Assembly: GCA_963736255.1 (NCBI GenBank)
Contig: CAVTOI010000002.1
Span: 273,576 to 337,575 of the forward strand
DNA length: 64,000 nucleotides
Direction of reading: 5' to 3'
DNA from: Candidatus Aminicenantes bacterium
Lineage (GTDB): Bacteria > Acidobacteriota > Aminicenantia > Aminicenantales > Saccharicenantaceae
Below are positions 61,299-64,000 of the stretch, piece by piece; within the stretch, counting starts at the first letter, position 1, and each line of letters opens with the position of its first letter. Both the position numbers and the translations under genes were made by a program. The notes beneath the pieces were generated by a model that was given only the letters and a program-made list of their open reading frames with translations, did no database searches and was not told the DNA's origin.

Positions 61299-62396
61299 CT
61301 AGATCTTCATCGGCATGAGGACGTAAAGGCTCGTCAGGGCTTCCTCGTTCTCCGGCTTGAGCAGGACGGCGCTGTTCTCGTCCTTGATCTCGAAGACGAC
61401 CTTCTCGGCCCCGACGGCCGTCAGGAAATCCAGGAGATACTGGGCGTTGAACCCGATCTCCAGGTCCTGCCCCTTGTACTCGACGGCCAGGCGGTCGCGG
61501 GCCTCGCCGATCTCCGGGTTCGAGGAGAAGAGGCGCATGCGGTTCTTCTCGATCGTGAACTTGATCCCTTTGGACCGTTCGGCGGACAGGAGCGATACGC
61601 GCCGGATGGCGTCGGCCAGCTCGGCCCGGCCGACGACCAGCCGCCCGGGGTTGTCCTTGGGGATGACCGCCTGGTAGTTCGGGAACTTGCTCTCGATGAT
61701 CCGGGAGATGAGCGTCCTCGCGCCGACCTTGAAGAACAGGTTGCTCTCGTCGAGGTCGAAGGCGACCGTCTCGTCCTCGAACTTCCGGATCTCGTTGAGC
61801 GTCTTCTTGGCCACGATGACGCTCAGCTCTTTTTCGAGCTTCAACCCGTCCTCGGCCTTCTTTGTATACGACAGGCGGTGCCCGTCGGTGCTGACCAGCT
61901 CGACCTGGCGGTTCTTCAGGGACATCAAGGCCCCGTTCAGGTAATAGCGCTGCTCCTGGGTGATGGCGTAGAAGACGCGGTCGATCATGTCCTTGAGGTC
62001 CTGGAGCGGCAGCGCGATGCCCCGGTCGAACTTGGCGTCCGGCACCTGAGGATAATCCTCCTTGGCCAGGCAGAGGACCTTGAACTCGCTGGCCCCCGCC
62101 CGGATCTCGAGCGTTTCGTCCTTGAGCTCGACCTGGACGGCCTCCCCTTCCGGCAGAGATTTGACGATCTCGAAGATCTTCTTCCCGTTGACCGTGATGG
62201 CCCCGGTCTTCTCGATGTCGGCCCCGATGTGGGTCTTCATACCGACCTCGAGGTCGGTCCCGGTCAGCTCGATCTCCGACCCCGAGACGTTCATAAGCAC
62301 GTTGGCCAGGATCGGCATCGTGTTCCGCTTCTCCACGATGCCCTGGAGGATTTGGAGTTCGTTGAGAAAAGCCTGCTTGGGGACTGAGAATTTCAT
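61299..62396 (-). CDS. dnaN: DNA polymerase III beta subunit (sliding clamp)
   Basis: 365 aa: MKFSVPKQAFLNELQILQGIVEKRNTMPILANVLM... Confidence 0.95.
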   Translation of the reverse strand: MKFSVPKQAFLNELQILQGIVEKRNTMPILANVLMNVSGSEIELTGTDLEVGMKTHIGADIEKTGAITVNGKKIFEIVKSLPEGEAVQVELKDETLEIRAGASEFKVLCLAKEDYPQVPDAKFDRGIALPLQDLKDMIDRVFYAITQEQRYYLNGALMSLKNRQVELVSTDGHRLSYTKKAEDGLKLEKELSVIVAKKTLNEIRKFEDETVAFDLDESNLFFKVGARTLISRIIESKFPNYQAVIPKDNPGRLVVGRAELADAIRRVSLLSAERSKGIKFTIEKNRMRLFSSNPEIGEARDRLAVEYKGQDLEIGFNAQYLLDFLTAVGAEKVVFEIKDENSAVLLKPENEEALTSLYVLMPMKI

Positions 62397-62526
62397 GGCG
62401 TCACCTTTCGCTCCGCGTTCCTTCTTTTCTTTCTTATTATTTAATTCAGAAATCCAATGAAATCAAGAAGAGTAATAATAAAGTCCTCTGGAAATGTGCA
62501 TAACCCCGCGAAGCCGCTGTTATTCC
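62397..62526. promoter_or_regulatory. dnaA-dnaN intergenic: DnaA box plus AT-rich tract (candidate oriC unwinding region)
   Basis: Minus strand TTATGCACA (62503-62495) matches the TTATNCACA consensus. It is followed by the most AT-rich stretch in the window (TTTATTATTACTCTTCTTGATTTCATTGGATTTCTGAATTAAATAATAAGAAAG). Confidence 0.45.
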
Positions 62527-63858
62527 TCATTGGATGAAGGCCATGAGGCTGTTGATCTCTTTGTTGAATTCGGGATCGTCGTTGCGCAGCTTGTCGATCT
62601 TGCGGATGCTGTGGATGACGGTCGTATGGTGTTTTCCACCGAATTTCTTGCCGATCTCGGGCAGCGATGAATTGGTCAGCTCCTTGGCCAGATACATCGC
62701 GATCTGGCGGGGGAAGGCGATCTTGGGGGAATTGTTCTTCGATTTGAGCTGCGACGGCTTGATCTTGAACTTGTGGCAGATGAGCTTCTGGATCTTTTCC
62801 ACAGTGACGATCATCGAAGACGAATCGAGGAGCCCTTTGAGGGCCTCTTTGGTCAGGTCGAGGTCGATCCGCTCGCCCTTGAGGGAGGCGAAGGCGATGA
62901 CCCGCCGCATGTAGCCCTCGAGCTCGCGGATGTTCGTCTGGACCTTGTCGGCGATGTAAAGGGCTACGCTCTCGGGGAGGGAGACCGCTTCGGCCTCGGC
63001 CTTCTTCTTGAGGATGGCGATGCGGGTCTCGATGTCCGGCGGCTTGAGGTCCGCGATGAGTCCCCACTCGAAGCGGGAGCGGAAGCGCTCCTCGAGGTGG
63101 GGGATCTCTTTCGGGGGACAGTCGCTGGAGATGACGATCTGCTTCTGGCTGTCATAAAGGTGATTGAAGGTGTGGAAAAATTCCTCTTTCGTGCGCTCCC
63201 GGCCGGCCAGGTAGTGGATGTCGTCCATGAGCAGGAGGTCGACGCTGCGGTATTTCTCGCGGAACTCCAGGACCTTGCCGTACTGGAGATGGGTGACCAG
63301 GTCGTTCATGAACTTCTCGGTCGTGACGTAGAGGATCTTGTTGCGCGCGCTCTGCTGGAGGGCGTAGTGGCCGATGGCGTTCATGAGATGGGTCTTGCCG
63401 AGACCGGCCCCGCCGTAGATGTAAAGGGGATTGTAGGATTTGGCCGGGTTCTTGGATACGGCGGTCGCCGCGGCGTGGGCGAACTGGTTGCAGCTGCCGA
63501 CGACAAAATTCTCGAACGTGTAATTGGGATTGAGGTTGGGATTGACCGCCGGGCCCTGCTTCGTCTTGCGGTCGTCGGGGGAGCGGCGCATGAAGGCGGC
63601 AGGCGTGTCCTCGTGGATGTAGCGGATATCGAAGGTCTTATCGAAGATGTCGCGGCAGCACTCGGCGATGACGTTCGAATAATGGAACGACAGCCAGTCC
63701 CGGAAGTAGGCGTTGGGGACCTTGACGTACAAGCACTCCTGCTCCTGGCCGATGAAGGTCGTCGGGTCGAACCAGGTCTCGAAGGAGTTGGGGTCGATCT
63801 TGGTTTGAACGGCCCGCAAGATCTTGATCCAAGGGTTTTCGTTTTCTTTAGGTTCCAT
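62527..63858 (-). CDS. dnaA: Chromosomal replication initiator protein DnaA
   Basis: From ATG 63858: MEPKENENPWIKILRAV...NPLYIYGGAGLGKTHLMNAIG...LLMDDIHYLAG...RFEWGLIADLKPPD...HTTVIHSIRKI... Confidence 0.95.
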   Translation of the reverse strand: MEPKENENPWIKILRAVQTKIDPNSFETWFDPTTFIGQEQECLYVKVPNAYFRDWLSFHYSNVIAECCRDIFDKTFDIRYIHEDTPAAFMRRSPDDRKTKQGPAVNPNLNPNYTFENFVVGSCNQFAHAAATAVSKNPAKSYNPLYIYGGAGLGKTHLMNAIGHYALQQSARNKILYVTTEKFMNDLVTHLQYGKVLEFREKYRSVDLLLMDDIHYLAGRERTKEEFFHTFNHLYDSQKQIVISSDCPPKEIPHLEERFRSRFEWGLIADLKPPDIETRIAILKKKAEAEAVSLPESVALYIADKVQTNIRELEGYMRRVIAFASLKGERIDLDLTKEALKGLLDSSSMIVTVEKIQKLICHKFKIKPSQLKSKNNSPKIAFPRQIAMYLAKELTNSSLPEIGKKFGGKHHTTVIHSIRKIDKLRNDDPEFNKEINSLMAFIQ

Positions 63859-63871
63859 GGGAGCTATCGTT

Positions 63872-63903
63872 TTTTCCACAGAATTTTCCACATCTGTGGA
63901 AAA
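63872..63903. promoter_or_regulatory. Cluster of three DnaA boxes upstream of dnaA
   Basis: TTTTCCACA at 63872-63880 and 63884-63892, and the inverted copy TGTGGAAAA at 63895-63903. These are one mismatch from TTATCCACA. Confidence 0.6.
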
Positions 63904-64000
63904 TCCTCTCCCGGCCAGGTTATCGTCGGGGAGAGGCCCGGGAATGATAGCACTCCGAGGGGGCCATATCAAGCTTTTTTTTAGGGGAAAACCGATCCCG

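Noticed and set aside
1-64000. Searched by eye for CRISPR arrays, tandem repeats, IS/transposase, integrase, phage or toxin-antitoxin genes, rRNA, and in-frame-UGA selenoprotein candidates that might go with the SelB-like gene.
   Set aside because: None found. Every substantial ORF is accounted for by housekeeping or metabolic genes or by the few orphans listed. The only dispersed repeat seen is the two-copy structured element.

Overview
GC-rich bacterial chromosomal segment whose right end carries the dnaA-dnaN replication-origin region. It is almost entirely housekeeping and tightly packed, and many gene junctions are 4-nt ATGA-type overlaps. I see no IS or transposase genes, no CRISPR array, no rRNA and no obvious defence island. 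The many long R/P/G/A-rich antisense ORFs in the track are high-GC artefacts.

Gene content, left to right:
- 150-14483 (-): one long co-directional block, tRNA-Val, thrS, infC, rpmI, rplT, pheS, pheT, zapB-like, zapA, rny, ymdB, xseA, xseB, dxs, tlyA, nadK.
- 14.6-21.1 kb (+): a metallophosphoesterase, then a P-loop protein (cyclic-2,3-DPG-synthetase-like), carbamate kinase, ornithine carbamoyltransferase and a 705-aa orphan.
- 21.4-35.2 kb (-): a GTPase-less SelB-like protein coupled to rnr, a hypothetical protein, coaX, birA, valS, an Asp-less receiver protein, dnaE and guaA.
- 35.2-41.4 kb (+): a lipoprotein-like orphan, apgM, an amidase, a Tat-signal DUF362 protein and a membrane polyferredoxin.
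- 41.4-47.3 kb (-): yceD, rpmF, plsX, fabG, acpP, fabF, etfB, etfA.
- 47.4-50.3 kb (+): an apparently leaderless 81-aa ORF coupled to polA, with a convergent GNAT-like gene downstream.
- 51.7-61.1 kb (+): an 11-gene complex-I-like membrane-bound group-4 [NiFe] hydrogenase operon.
- 61.3-63.9 kb (-): dnaN and dnaA.

Most notable unexplained signals:
1. Two copies of a conserved, helix-rich intergenic element (15.34-15.63 kb and 37.43-37.64 kb).
2. Frame disruptions in three conserved genes. valS has six indel-like events within about 265 bp, plsX a G7 homopolymer shift, and the nuoK-like gene a start in the wrong frame.
3. polA has no canonical start codon (a CTGA junction).
4. A SelB C-terminal module lacking its GTPase domain.
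5. Long inverted-repeat structures in two convergent intergenic regions.
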